Source of the DNA: Moraxella nasovis
GTDB taxonomy: Bacteria > Pseudomonadota > Gammaproteobacteria > Pseudomonadales > Moraxellaceae
NCBI RefSeq assembly: GCF_022701215.1
Contig: NZ_CP089976.1
Location: 1,740,001-1,772,000 of the forward strand
Direction: 5' to 3'
DNA length: 32,000 nt
The notes beneath the pieces are model-generated. The model searched no databases. It was not told the origin of the DNA and saw only the letters and a program-made list of their open reading frames with translations. Both the position numbers and the translations under genes were made by a program. This document shows positions 1-8,111 of this stretch, one piece after another; the stretch's first letter is position 1; each line of letters starts with the position of its first letter.

Positions 1-454
1 CCGTAACTACTCTAAAGGCGATACCGTAGAAGCTGTCGTACTACAAGTAGATGCAGAAGCCAACCGCATTAGCCTAGGTATCAAGCAGCTAAACTCTGAC
101 CCATTTAACGAATACCTACTGTCTAATGATCGTGGTGCTATCGTAAAAGGTACGGTGAAAGAAGTTGATGCCAAAGGTGCTGTAATCACTCTAGCTGACG
201 AAGTTGAAGGCTACCTATCAGTTGCTGACATTGCTCGTGAGCGTACTGAAGATGCGTCAAAAGTGCTAAACGTTGGTGACGAAGTTGAAGCTAAGATTGT
301 GCGTGTGGATCGCAAATCTCGTAATGTTGCTTTGTCTATCAAAGCAAAAGACGAAGCAGATGAGCGTCAAGCAATTAAAGAGCTGTCAAACGCTGCTGTA
401 GAAAATCAACCTAAAACACTAGGCGATATTTTTGCAGACCAACTTAAAGGTTAA
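1..454 (+). CDS. rpsA: 30S ribosomal protein S1, C-terminal part (5' end lies outside the window)
   Basis: Frame 2 is open from base 2. The translation [30 protein letters not shown]...[20 protein letters not shown]...[28 protein letters not shown] shows repeated S1/OB motifs typical of the S1 C-terminus. Stop TAA at 452-454. ihfB follows, as is usual in gammaproteobacteria. Confidence 0.93.
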   Translation, partial: RNYSKGDTVEAVVLQVDAEANRISLGIKQLNSDPFNEYLLSNDRGAIVKGTVKEVDAKGAVITLADEVEGYLSVADIARERTEDASKVLNVGDEVEAKIVRVDRKSRNVALSIKAKDEADERQAIKELSNAAVENQPKTLGDIFADQLKG

Positions 455-473
455 TCATCTTTAGGTCATTTAA

Positions 474-504
474 AGAGTGGTGATCTTCACCACTCTTTTT
501 TATT
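474..504 (+). terminator. Rho-independent terminator after rpsA
   Basis: Perfect 9-bp stem AGAGTGGTG (474-482) / CACCACTCT (488-496), 5-nt loop ATCTT, then a T-run at 497-501. Confidence 0.8.
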
Positions 505-524
505 GTAAAAATGTTAATGGGATT

Positions 525-553
525 TTGATTGCAAAAAACCAACAAAAATAATT
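525..553 (+). promoter_or_regulatory. Candidate sigma-70 promoter for ihfB
   Basis: TTGATT (525-530), 17-nt spacer, ATAATT (548-553), about 120 nt upstream of the ihfB ATG. Motif match only. Confidence 0.3.
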
Positions 554-671
554 CACTTTTGTATCAAATTGGGCTATCATACGGATAGAAAGAAGACCTT
601 ATCAATGAGTGCGTTTGTCGCACTTTTATAAATAAAATCAAGTGTTTTTTTATTGTTCTTGGATAAATGTC

Positions 672-974
672 ATGCAACAAGCTATAAACAGGTCAGATTT
701 GATAGCTGATCTGGCGTCCGTCTGTGATAATCTAGAAGAAAGCATTGTAGATGAAGCAGTTCGAGAGATGTTCGGAATTATGGTAGATTGCCTATCTAAA
801 GATGGGCGAATTGAGATTCGAGGATTTGGCAGTTTTTGCTTGCACCATCGAGAAGCCAGACAAGCACGCAATCCTAAAACAGGGCAAGTAGTAGCAGTAC
901 AAGCGAAATCTGTGCCACACTTTAAGCCTGGAAAGGCACTGCGTGAATCGGTCAACTTAATAAATGATGAATAA
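672..974 (+). CDS. ihfB: Integration host factor beta subunit
   Basis: MQQAINRSDLIADLA...RIEIRGFGSFCLHHREARQARNPKTGQVVAVQAKSVPHFKPGKALRE is the HU/IHF fold with the beta-arm motif RNPKTG. I chose the ATG at 672 (100 aa) over the upstream in-frame GTG at 642 because IHF-beta proteins begin close to this point. Confidence 0.92.
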   Translation: MQQAINRSDLIADLASVCDNLEESIVDEAVREMFGIMVDCLSKDGRIEIRGFGSFCLHHREARQARNPKTGQVVAVQAKSVPHFKPGKALRESVNLINDE

Positions 975-989
975 AAAGGTAGTCAAGTT

Positions 990-1367
990 ATGCATATTGT
1001 ATTAATAATTTTATTGACAGTGGTTTTTGCTTATTCTATCGCTCTTGTGCTTATCAATAATAGCGAAGTGGCAGTTAATTTAATGTTCTCAAATGTGCCT
1101 TCAATGAATTTGGGATTGCTTTTGGTGATCACCATCTTTTTGGGTGTATTAATCGGTATTTTACTGGCACTATTGCTCTTTAAAGTACCTCAAAACAAGT
1201 GGGAAATTAGCCGCCTAAGAAAAGAACTTCAAACAACCCAAACCCAGCTTTCTGAAGCTAATGCAACGATTGCTCGTCAAAATACACTGCTTGAAGCTGC
1301 ACCACCTGTCATCTCTGGCGTTGCTGATGTTCATAATACGACCACAACACCTCGAGATGTTTTATGA
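990..1367 (+). CDS. lapA: LapA/YciS-like (DUF1049) inner-membrane protein
   Basis: 125 aa with two N-terminal hydrophobic helices and a coiled-coil-like tail ([22 protein letters not shown]). It sits between ihfB and pyrF, where lapA lies in other gammaproteobacteria. AAGGTAG Shine-Dalgarno precedes the ATG. Confidence 0.6.
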   Translation: MHIVLIILLTVVFAYSIALVLINNSEVAVNLMFSNVPSMNLGLLLVITIFLGVLIGILLALLLFKVPQNKWEISRLRKELQTTQTQLSEANATIARQNTLLEAAPPVISGVADVHNTTTTPRDVL

Positions 1368-2065
1368 TGAATACGGTCACTGCATCTCCAATCATCGTTG
1401 CTGTAGATAAGCATGATCTATCCAGTGCCTTAGCGTTAGCAGATAGCTTAGATCCCAGTCTTTGCCGACTAAAGGTGGGTAAAGAGCTGTTTACAGCCTG
1501 TGGGCCTAGCGTGGTTCAGGCATTGCATGACCGCGGCTTTGATGTGTTCTTGGATCTAAAATTTCACGACATTCCAAATACCACCGCCCAAGCGGTGTTA
1601 GCAGCTGCAGATATGGGCGTTTGGATGGTGAATGTTCATGCGATGATTGGTTCTGATGCTATGTCTTTATGCAAATCTCGCCTTGTGAATGGTGGTTATG
1701 ATACGCTACTTATTGCTGTTACGGTTTTGACGTCTATGACCCAAGAGGTGCTACAAAGTTTAGGTGTATTAAGCCCTTTAGATGAGCAAGTTTTACGATT
1801 GGCAAAATTAAGCCAAATATCAGGTCTTGATGGTGTCGTATGCTCAGCCCAAGAAGCGGTCGCCCTAAAATCGTCATTAGGTACTGATTTTAAGCTTGTT
1901 ACGCCTGGTATTCGCTTGGCAAACGATGATAATAATGATCAAAAACGCATCTGCACGCCAAGTGAAGCATTAAAAAACGGCTCAGATTTTTTGGTGATTG
2001 GGCGTTCTATCACGACAGCTAGTCATCCTACGGATAAATTAAAACTAATTTTAGCTGATTTGTAA
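1364..2065 (+). CDS. pyrF: Orotidine 5'-phosphate decarboxylase
   Basis: IIVAVD...[10 protein letters not shown]...[10 protein letters not shown]...LVIGRSI are OMP decarboxylase signature stretches. The start ATGATG overlaps the lapA-like stop (ATGA). Confidence 0.95.
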   Translation: MMNTVTASPIIVAVDKHDLSSALALADSLDPSLCRLKVGKELFTACGPSVVQALHDRGFDVFLDLKFHDIPNTTAQAVLAAADMGVWMVNVHAMIGSDAMSLCKSRLVNGGYDTLLIAVTVLTSMTQEVLQSLGVLSPLDEQVLRLAKLSQISGLDGVVCSAQEAVALKSSLGTDFKLVTPGIRLANDDNNDQKRICTPSEALKNGSDFLVIGRSITTASHPTDKLKLILADL

Positions 2066-2091
2066 AGTTGACATTTGACACTGTTTGAAAT

Positions 2092-2127
2092 AAAAAAACC
2101 AAACTTATGATGTTTGGTTTTTTTTTA
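2092..2127. terminator. Bidirectional rho-independent terminator between convergent pyrF and queA
   Basis: AAAAAAACCAAAC (2092-2104) pairs with GTTTGGTTTTTTT (2112-2124) around the loop TTATGAT. A-tract and T-tract flanks give a U-tail in both orientations. Confidence 0.8.
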
Positions 2128-2140
2128 TTGATGGTAAGAT

Positions 2141-3193
2141 TTAGTTATGTTTATCAAGTAGCATAGCATCGCCATAGCTGAAAAAGCGATATTCTTGTGA
2201 TATGGCATGAGCATAAGCCTGTTTGATATTATCGACGCCTGCAAATGCCGAGACGAGCATAAGTAGCGTGGATTTTGGCAAATGAAAATTGGTAATGAGC
2301 CTATCCACCACGCCAAAATCATAAGGCGGATAAATAAAAATCTGCGTGTCGCCCATAAACTCACTAAGCCTGCCGTCTTTTCGGTGTAAATGGGCGGTTT
2401 CTAGCACACGAGTTACCGTTGTGCCAACGGCTATAACTTGTCCGCCATTTGCTTTTGTGGCGTTGATTTTATCAGCGGTCGCTTGTGGCAGATGGGCGTA
2501 TTCGGCGTGCATGATGTGGTCGGTTAAATCGTCCGTCTTGACAGGGGCGAACGTACCAGCCCCAACGTGTAGCGTTACAAAAGCAATCTGTACACCTTTA
2601 TCCGTCAAGGCTTGCAAGGTATCATCATCAAAATGCAGGCTTGCCGTGGGGGCGGCAACGCTTGCCTGTTTGGCAGGATCATGAAATACCGTCTGATAGC
2701 ACGTGTCGTCTGTGTCGTCAGCCGTGCGTTCAAAATAAGGCGGAATGGGCATTTGTCCGTATTTGTCCAAATCATTTAAAATCGGCTTGTCAAATTGCAA
2801 AATAAACAAATTCTCACTACGCCCACACATCGTTGCCGTCATTTGCCCGTCCGCCAAATGCACTTTTTGCCCGACTTTCAACGCACGGCTTGAGCGTACA
2901 TGGCAATGGGCGATGTGCTTTTCGTGGTCGGTGATACGCTCAATTAAGACTTCCACCGCACCGCCCGTGTCTTTGACCCCAAACAGCCGAGCTTTCATGA
3001 CTTTGGTGTCGTTTAGAACAAGTAGGTCGCCCTTATTCAGCAGATTTGGCAAATCGCTAAATTGCAAATCGGTCAAATTTTCGCCCTTGACATGAAGCAG
3101 GCGAGAACTAGAACGCACCGCCAACGGATAGCGAGCGATGAGTTCATCAGGCAAATGGTAATCAAAATCGGTGGTAAGAAGTGGCTTATTCAT
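2141..3193 (-). CDS. queA: S-adenosylmethionine:tRNA ribosyltransferase-isomerase
   Basis: 350 aa. The N-terminus TDFDYHLPDELIARYPLAVRSSSRLL and the C-terminal FFSYGDAM are typical QueA. Confidence 0.95.
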   Translation of the reverse strand: MNKPLLTTDFDYHLPDELIARYPLAVRSSSRLLHVKGENLTDLQFSDLPNLLNKGDLLVLNDTKVMKARLFGVKDTGGAVEVLIERITDHEKHIAHCHVRSSRALKVGQKVHLADGQMTATMCGRSENLFILQFDKPILNDLDKYGQMPIPPYFERTADDTDDTCYQTVFHDPAKQASVAAPTASLHFDDDTLQALTDKGVQIAFVTLHVGAGTFAPVKTDDLTDHIMHAEYAHLPQATADKINATKANGGQVIAVGTTVTRVLETAHLHRKDGRLSEFMGDTQIFIYPPYDFGVVDRLITNFHLPKSTLLMLVSAFAGVDNIKQAYAHAISQEYRFFSYGDAMLLDKHN

Positions 3194-3305
3194 AGTTTGG
3201 TCGTGGTTTTTTCATTGTCATCATAAGATGGGCATTGTAACAAAATTTGCCCAAAACCGCCATATACCGCTTTTGGCGGATTTGAAAAACCCACACAAAA
3301 GGCGT

Positions 3306-3373
3306 ATCATATCAACAAATATAAAAAGGCAAGCACGCCCCAAAAAGCCCATCATATCCATAAATATTCAAGG
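3306..3373 (+). promoter_or_regulatory. Pair of about 23-bp direct repeats in the nnrS upstream region (possible operator or promoter duplication)
   Basis: ATCATATCAACAAATATAAAAAGG (3306-3329) and ATCATATCCATAAATATTCAAGG (3351-3373) match at about 19 of 23 positions and are 45 bp apart. The second copy runs into the nnrS AAGGA Shine-Dalgarno. Confidence 0.25.
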
Positions 3374-3382
3374 ATAATCGCC

Positions 3383-4630
3383 ATGCTTGTGAATATCCAA
3401 AACACCGCCCCACGTCCGACATCGCCACACCCCATTTTAAATTTGGGCTTTCGTGTATTTTTTGTGGGGTCGGCGGTTTTTGCTATTGTTTCTATGTTGC
3501 TGTGGTTTGCGGTTTTGCAGGGATTTGCTCCGTTTAACGGCACGCTAAACCCCTTTTATTGGCATGGGCATGAGATGGTTTTTGGTTATGCACTCGCAGT
3601 CATTGCAGGATTTTTATTAACCGCTGTCAAGACGTGGACGGGTCAGATGATGCCCTACGGCTATCATTTGGGGGCGATATTTGGGGCATGGGCGGTGTCT
3701 CGGCTTCTTTGGCTTGGGCTACACGCCACGCCAAGCGTTGCCATGCTCGCTATCGCCTTTGTCTTTGACATGATATTTTGGGGCATGACGGCGTACTCGG
3801 TCATCAAAGCGGTCTGGGTCGCTCGCCAAAAACGCCAAATCGGTATCGTTGCCAAACTTACGCTTTTAATGCTTGCCAACATCGCTTTTTATGCTGGGGC
3901 GTTTTTAAATCAATTAACCATACAAAAGATTTCGCTATATTTGGCATTATACCTTGTGATTGGTGTGGTGTTTACCATTGTCAGACGAGTGCTGCCATTT
4001 TTTATTGTCAAAGGTGTGAGCGTAAATCATGACGGCAAGCCAAACGGCTTAAATATAGAACAAAAAAATTCCACGTTATTAGACAGAGCCAATTTATTTG
4101 GATTTTTTGGCTTTATCATTTTTGATTTGTTTGTCAAACAGCCCATCATCGCAGGCGTGTTTGCACTTATTTGCTTAATTGCTAATTTAGCACGGCTAAA
4201 AAATTGGTATCACACCGCCATTTGGCAAAAACCCCTTTTATGGTCGCTTGTGATTGCCTTTTTTGGCATGACGATGAGTTTGGCGTTTTTTGTGGTGTTG
4301 CCATTTATCCACACTTCACTCAATCTGCATTCACTTGGCTTGCACGGCTTGGCGTTGTTTGGCGTAGGCTTAATGACGGTGTCTATGATGGCTCGTGTGT
4401 CGCTTGGACATACAGGGCGAAATATTCACAAACCACCAAAAACGGTCTTTGCGATTTTTATTTTTATGATAATATCCGCCCTGTGCCGTGTGATTTTGCC
4501 GATGTTTGGCGGTGATTATATAACGTGGATTGGGGTGTCGCAGATGGCGTGGATTGTGTCGTTTGGGCTATTTTGTGTGTCCTATATTGGCATTTTGGCA
4601 AAGCCACGCACCGATGGGCTGTTTGGTTGA
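3383..4630 (+). CDS. nnrS: NnrS family haem/copper membrane protein (nitrosative-stress associated)
   Basis: 415 aa and polytopic. HPILNLGFRVFF near the N-terminus and FYWHGHEMVFGYALAVIAGFLLTAV are the conserved NnrS motifs as I recall them. AAGGA lies 8 nt upstream of the ATG. Confidence 0.85.
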   Translation: MLVNIQNTAPRPTSPHPILNLGFRVFFVGSAVFAIVSMLLWFAVLQGFAPFNGTLNPFYWHGHEMVFGYALAVIAGFLLTAVKTWTGQMMPYGYHLGAIFGAWAVSRLLWLGLHATPSVAMLAIAFVFDMIFWGMTAYSVIKAVWVARQKRQIGIVAKLTLLMLANIAFYAGAFLNQLTIQKISLYLALYLVIGVVFTIVRRVLPFFIVKGVSVNHDGKPNGLNIEQKNSTLLDRANLFGFFGFIIFDLFVKQPIIAGVFALICLIANLARLKNWYHTAIWQKPLLWSLVIAFFGMTMSLAFFVVLPFIHTSLNLHSLGLHGLALFGVGLMTVSMMARVSLGHTGRNIHKPPKTVFAIFIFMIISALCRVILPMFGGDYITWIGVSQMAWIVSFGLFCVSYIGILAKPRTDGLFG

Positions 4631-4838
4631 TTTTATAAAATTTATCCTTATTATTTTAAAAAAAATGGTATTGTAAAATAATTTGGCATTATTAAAAAAA
4701 ATGGCAGGGGGTGCAAATTTTTTTGCCCTATGAAAAATCGTAATTTAGGCAGATATTATCCACTCACTACACGCCAAATTTTTAAGAAATTAACAATACC
4801 TTAAAGATTTTTAAAATTAACAACCAAAAGAGCAGGTT

Positions 4839-6023
4839 ATGTTTAATCCCTTTAAAAAGAAAATAACCATCGGCATGAATGACATTGATAAAGTGCTATC
4901 GGATTTTAAGCTATATCAAGAGCCTTTATCGGCGTTCATTGATAATAAAGAATTGCAAGGCGACACGCTAAACATCGCCCTAAAAGTGCATAAAGATGCC
5001 AATCAAGCTGAGCTTGAAAAAGTGTATCACGATCTGCGGGCGAGACTGCATTTAATCGGTGTGGCGGAAGTGAATCTAAATGTGATTTTATCTGATAAAG
5101 TCGCCCCCTTGACTGGACAAAAAAACACGGTACAAAATTTTACTCCCAACACTAGCATAAGCAAAATCCCAACTCAAACCCCAAACCCAGACGATAAGCC
5201 CACCAAAGAACCCCCTAAGCAGTCTGACATCGCCCCGCACCCACGCATTCGTCATATTATCGTTGTGGCTTCGGGTAAAGGCGGTGTGGGCAAGTCCACA
5301 ACAACGGTCAATGTGGCATTGGCATTACAAAAGCTGGGGCGGCGAGTGGGTATATTAGATGCTGATATCTATGGTCCTAGCATTCCTGATATGCTTGGCG
5401 CGGCGGACAAAAAGCCAAGCGTTGAGAATGATCAGTTTGTGCCAATTGATATTGATGGCATTGCTATGCTGTCTATCGGCAATCTAATCGAGACAGCAAA
5501 CACACCTATAGCGTGGCGTGGCATTAAGGCAACAGGGGCATTAATGCAGTTATATAATCAGACAAATTGGCCAAATCTGGATTATCTCATCATCGATATG
5601 CCACCTGGAACAGGCGATATTCAACTCACCTTAGCTCAGCGTATTCCAGTGACAGGAGCGATTATCGTGACAACGCCACAGCATATTGCACTGTTAGATG
5701 CCCAAAAAGGCATTGAGATGTTTGTTAAAACTGACATTCCTGTGATTGGTGTGGTGGAAAATATGGCGTTACACACTTGCAGTCATTGTGGTCAAGTCGA
5801 TGCTATTTTTGGGGCAGATGGCGGAGCAAACTTAGCCGATGAGTATCAAGTGCCACTGCTTGGACAACTGCCTATCGCTACCCAAATTCGCACCCAAATG
5901 GATAAGGGTGTGCCAAGTGTAAAAGCGGGTGATGAGTTTGCTCAATTTTATGAGATTATTGCCAAAAATATTGACAACGGTATCGCTAAGTTTGATAAAG
6001 GGGTGAGTGATCGCATTTTTTGA
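4839..6023 (+). CDS. apbC: Fe-S cluster carrier ATPase ApbC/Mrp (NBP35 family)
   Basis: Deviant Walker A VASGKGGVGKSTT, IIDMPPGTGD, and the CSHCG (CxxC) cluster-ligand motif. The N-terminal region of about 130 aa includes a Pro/Thr/Lys-rich linker. Confidence 0.9.
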   Translation: MFNPFKKKITIGMNDIDKVLSDFKLYQEPLSAFIDNKELQGDTLNIALKVHKDANQAELEKVYHDLRARLHLIGVAEVNLNVILSDKVAPLTGQKNTVQNFTPNTSISKIPTQTPNPDDKPTKEPPKQSDIAPHPRIRHIIVVASGKGGVGKSTTTVNVALALQKLGRRVGILDADIYGPSIPDMLGAADKKPSVENDQFVPIDIDGIAMLSIGNLIETANTPIAWRGIKATGALMQLYNQTNWPNLDYLIIDMPPGTGDIQLTLAQRIPVTGAIIVTTPQHIALLDAQKGIEMFVKTDIPVIGVVENMALHTCSHCGQVDAIFGADGGANLADEYQVPLLGQLPIATQIRTQMDKGVPSVKAGDEFAQFYEIIAKNIDNGIAKFDKGVSDRIF

Positions 6024-6134
6024 TGGTGAAATTTTATGGAGTATTGCTAGGGTTTATCTTAAGTGGAGTGAATTTAATCCACTAAAAATAGTGAAATTTG
6101 CTATAATGAACGCATTTTAAAAAGTGAGAATGTG

Positions 6135-6710
6135 ATGTCTATTAAGTCCGACCGCTGGATTCGCCAAATGGCGACTAAGCATGAGATGATTACCCCTTTT
6201 GAGCCAAGTCAAGTTCGCCATAATCAAAATGGTGAAAAAATCGTCAGTTTTGGGACGTCAAGTTATGGCTATGATGTTCGCTGTGCAGGCGAGTTTAAGG
6301 TATTTACCAACGTGCATTCAGCCATCGTAGATCCAAAAAACTTCGATGAAAAAAGTTTTATTGATGTGGTGGGTGATGAATGTATCATTCCGCCCAACTC
6401 ATTTGCCTTGGCACGCACGGTGGAATATTTTAAGATTCCAAGAGATGTTTTGACCATCTGTCTTGGTAAGTCTACTTATGCACGCTGTGGTATTATTGTT
6501 AATGTAACGCCGCTTGAACCTGAGTGGGAAGGGCATGTTACCTTAGAATTTAGTAACACGACCAATCTACCTGCTCGTATCTATGCAGGCGAAGGTGTGG
6601 CACAAATGCTATTTTTGCAGTCAGATTCTGATGATGTGTGCGAAGTGTCATATAAAGACCGTGGCGGTAAATACCAAGGGCAGACAGGGGTTACTTTGCC
6701 AAAAGCCTAA
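6135..6710 (+). CDS. dcd: dCTP deaminase
   Basis: [13 protein letters not shown]...[18 protein letters not shown]...[35 protein letters not shown] is near-identical in pattern to gammaproteobacterial Dcd. I took the ATG at 6135 rather than the GTG at 6132. Confidence 0.95.
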   Translation: MSIKSDRWIRQMATKHEMITPFEPSQVRHNQNGEKIVSFGTSSYGYDVRCAGEFKVFTNVHSAIVDPKNFDEKSFIDVVGDECIIPPNSFALARTVEYFKIPRDVLTICLGKSTYARCGIIVNVTPLEPEWEGHVTLEFSNTTNLPARIYAGEGVAQMLFLQSDSDDVCEVSYKDRGGKYQGQTGVTLPKA

Positions 6711-6722
6711 TAGTCTAACCAT

Positions 6723-6757
6723 ATCCTAATGATAAAAATATCCTAATGATAAAAAAT
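6723..6757. repeat. Tandem duplication of a 17-bp unit
   Basis: ATCCTAATGATAAAAAT (6723-6739) is followed immediately by ATCCTAATGATAAAAAAT (6740-6757). The second copy supplies the A-tract of the adjacent terminator. Confidence 0.85.
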
Positions 6758-6785
6758 CCGTACCAAATGGCACGGATTTTTTTTG
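6751..6785. terminator. Bidirectional terminator between convergent dcd and ppk2
   Basis: ATCCGTACC (6756-6764) / GGCACGGAT (6769-6777), loop AAAT, flanked by an A-run and a T-run. The single mismatch is A:C in the plus-strand RNA but G:U in the minus-strand (ppk2) RNA. Confidence 0.75.
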
Positions 6786-6790
6786 GTTGT

Positions 6791-7933
6791 TTATTTTTTG
6801 GGTCTGTTCAACAGATCTAGGTGTTCATCAGTTTCGTATAACGCACCAGCGCGACCCACGATTAAAGGATCGATATTGCCAATTTGTTCGTTATCCTTGC
6901 CTTCGTAGTTTAACTTGTTTAGCACATAACGCATGGCGTTTAGTCTGGCACGTTTTTTACAGTCGGATTTAATTACAATCCAAGGCGATTCGCTGATGTC
7001 TGTCTCAAAAAACATGGCTTCTTTGGCTGCGGTGTAGTCGCTCCATTTATCAAGTGATGCTTTATCAACAGGCGATAGTTTCCACTGTTTTAAAGGGTCA
7101 TGCTCACGACGTTCAAAGCGGATACGCTGCTCTTCACGACTAACCGAGAACCAAAATTTAATGAGTGTAATGCCAGATTCTACCAGCATTTTTTCAAATA
7201 AAGGCACTTGCCCCATAAAGGTGTGGTATTCATCATCAGTACAAAAGCCCATGACACGTTCAACAACCGCACGGTTATACCAAGAACGGTCAAATAAGAC
7301 AATCTCGCCTGAAGTTGGTAGGGTTCTGACATAACGCTGGAAATACCATTGACCACGTTCAGTTTCGGTGGGTTTTTCTAAAGCGACAACTCTAGCACCA
7401 CGTGGGTTTAGATGCTCCATAAAGCGTTTGATCGTACCGCCTTTACCAGCGGCGTCCCGCCCTTCAAATAAAATAACGATTTTTTGTCCAGTTTCTTTAA
7501 CATGGCGTTGTAGCTTAAGCAGTTCAATTTGAAGTTTGTATTTTTGGGCTTCGTAATTTTTACGACTCATGCGGTTTTTATAAGGATACACGCCATTTCG
7601 CCAATCATTGGCAAGCTCCATATCCTTGCCTTTATTGCCACGCATTTCTCTACTGAGTTGGTTGGCGACATTGGTATTTGGTAGATATTCAGACAGACGC
7701 TGACCGATTTCCACCAAATCATCATTGCTAGCATGACGCACCAGCTCTTCTAGACGGCTAAGCGTATCTGGGAAATCATCACGATATTCCCCAATGTCAG
7801 CTGTCTTTACGGCAGTGGCAGTATTATCAGGCTCTTTTGGCGTGGATTTTTTGGCGACGGTCGCCTTTGATGCAGCTGCTTTTCTTGTCGTGGTGGTTCT
7901 ACGCCGAGTTGGAGCTTTTGGGGTGGTTGTCAT
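6791..7933 (-). CDS. ppk2: Polyphosphate kinase 2 (single PPK2 domain) with a long basic N-terminal extension
   Basis: YPYKNRMSRKNYEAQKYKLQIELLKLQ, then Walker A ILFEGRDAAGKGGTIKR and FDRSWYNR are PPK2 hallmarks. AAGGA lies 6 nt upstream of the ATG. Confidence 0.9.
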   Translation of the reverse strand: MTTTPKAPTRRRTTTTRKAAASKATVAKKSTPKEPDNTATAVKTADIGEYRDDFPDTLSRLEELVRHASNDDLVEIGQRLSEYLPNTNVANQLSREMRGNKGKDMELANDWRNGVYPYKNRMSRKNYEAQKYKLQIELLKLQRHVKETGQKIVILFEGRDAAGKGGTIKRFMEHLNPRGARVVALEKPTETERGQWYFQRYVRTLPTSGEIVLFDRSWYNRAVVERVMGFCTDDEYHTFMGQVPLFEKMLVESGITLIKFWFSVSREEQRIRFERREHDPLKQWKLSPVDKASLDKWSDYTAAKEAMFFETDISESPWIVIKSDCKKRARLNAMRYVLNKLNYEGKDNEQIGNIDPLIVGRAGALYETDEHLDLLNRPKK

Positions 7934-8070
7934 ATTTTATCCTTAATGGCGTTGTGGGTTTAAGCTTATGCTAGCACAACAAAGGTACTTTGACAATACT
8001 TAGTCGGTACACTTTGTACTTTAATAAAGAGCTATTTTATATCTTGCTTGTAAACTTATTTGATAATCCA

Positions 8071-8098
8071 ATAAAAAACCACCCATAAGAGTGGTTTT
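8071..8098 (-). terminator. Rho-independent terminator after the acyl-CoA dehydrogenase gene
   Basis: On the minus strand: AAAACCAC, 8-nt loop, GTGGTTTT, followed by TTTTTTAT. Confidence 0.7.
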
Positions 8099-8111
8099 GG
8101 CTAATTGCTAT

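Noticed and set aside
650-955. 101-aa minus-strand ORF covering almost all of ihfB.
   Set aside because: It is antisense to a confidently identified gene. The translation is Ser/Arg/Cys/Thr-rich with no recognisable motifs, and no Shine-Dalgarno was seen. It looks like a typical shadow ORF.
1165-1178. TGGCAC...TTGC sigma-54-like string.
   Set aside because: The spacing between the GG and GC elements is wrong, and it lies inside the lapA-like coding sequence.
2346-3095. Two plus-strand ORFs (112 and 116 aa) antisense to queA, plus the 79-aa alternative-frame ORF at 2125-2364.
   Set aside because: They lie entirely inside queA. They have low-complexity Cys/Ser/Ala-rich translations and no start context. 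They are shadow ORFs.
3225-3252. AAGATG followed by GGGCA-N13-TGCCC upstream of nnrS, considered as an NsrR or FNR/DNR site.
   Set aside because: Only one half resembles the NsrR AAGATG half-site, and the matching right half (CATCTT) is absent. A 5-bp inverted repeat at this spacing is expected by chance.
3778-4515. Same-strand alternative-frame ORFs (84 and 103 aa) inside nnrS, and the antisense ORF at 3664-3882.
   Set aside because: The nnrS frame gives a coherent polytopic NnrS protein across the whole region. The alternative frames have odd composition (Cys/His/Trp-rich) and no ribosome-binding sites.
6725-6757. Fur-box-like AATGATAA hexamer pattern in the 17-bp tandem repeat.
   Set aside because: It matches only about 12 of 19 positions of the Fur consensus. 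It also lies between two convergent gene ends, where there is no promoter to regulate.
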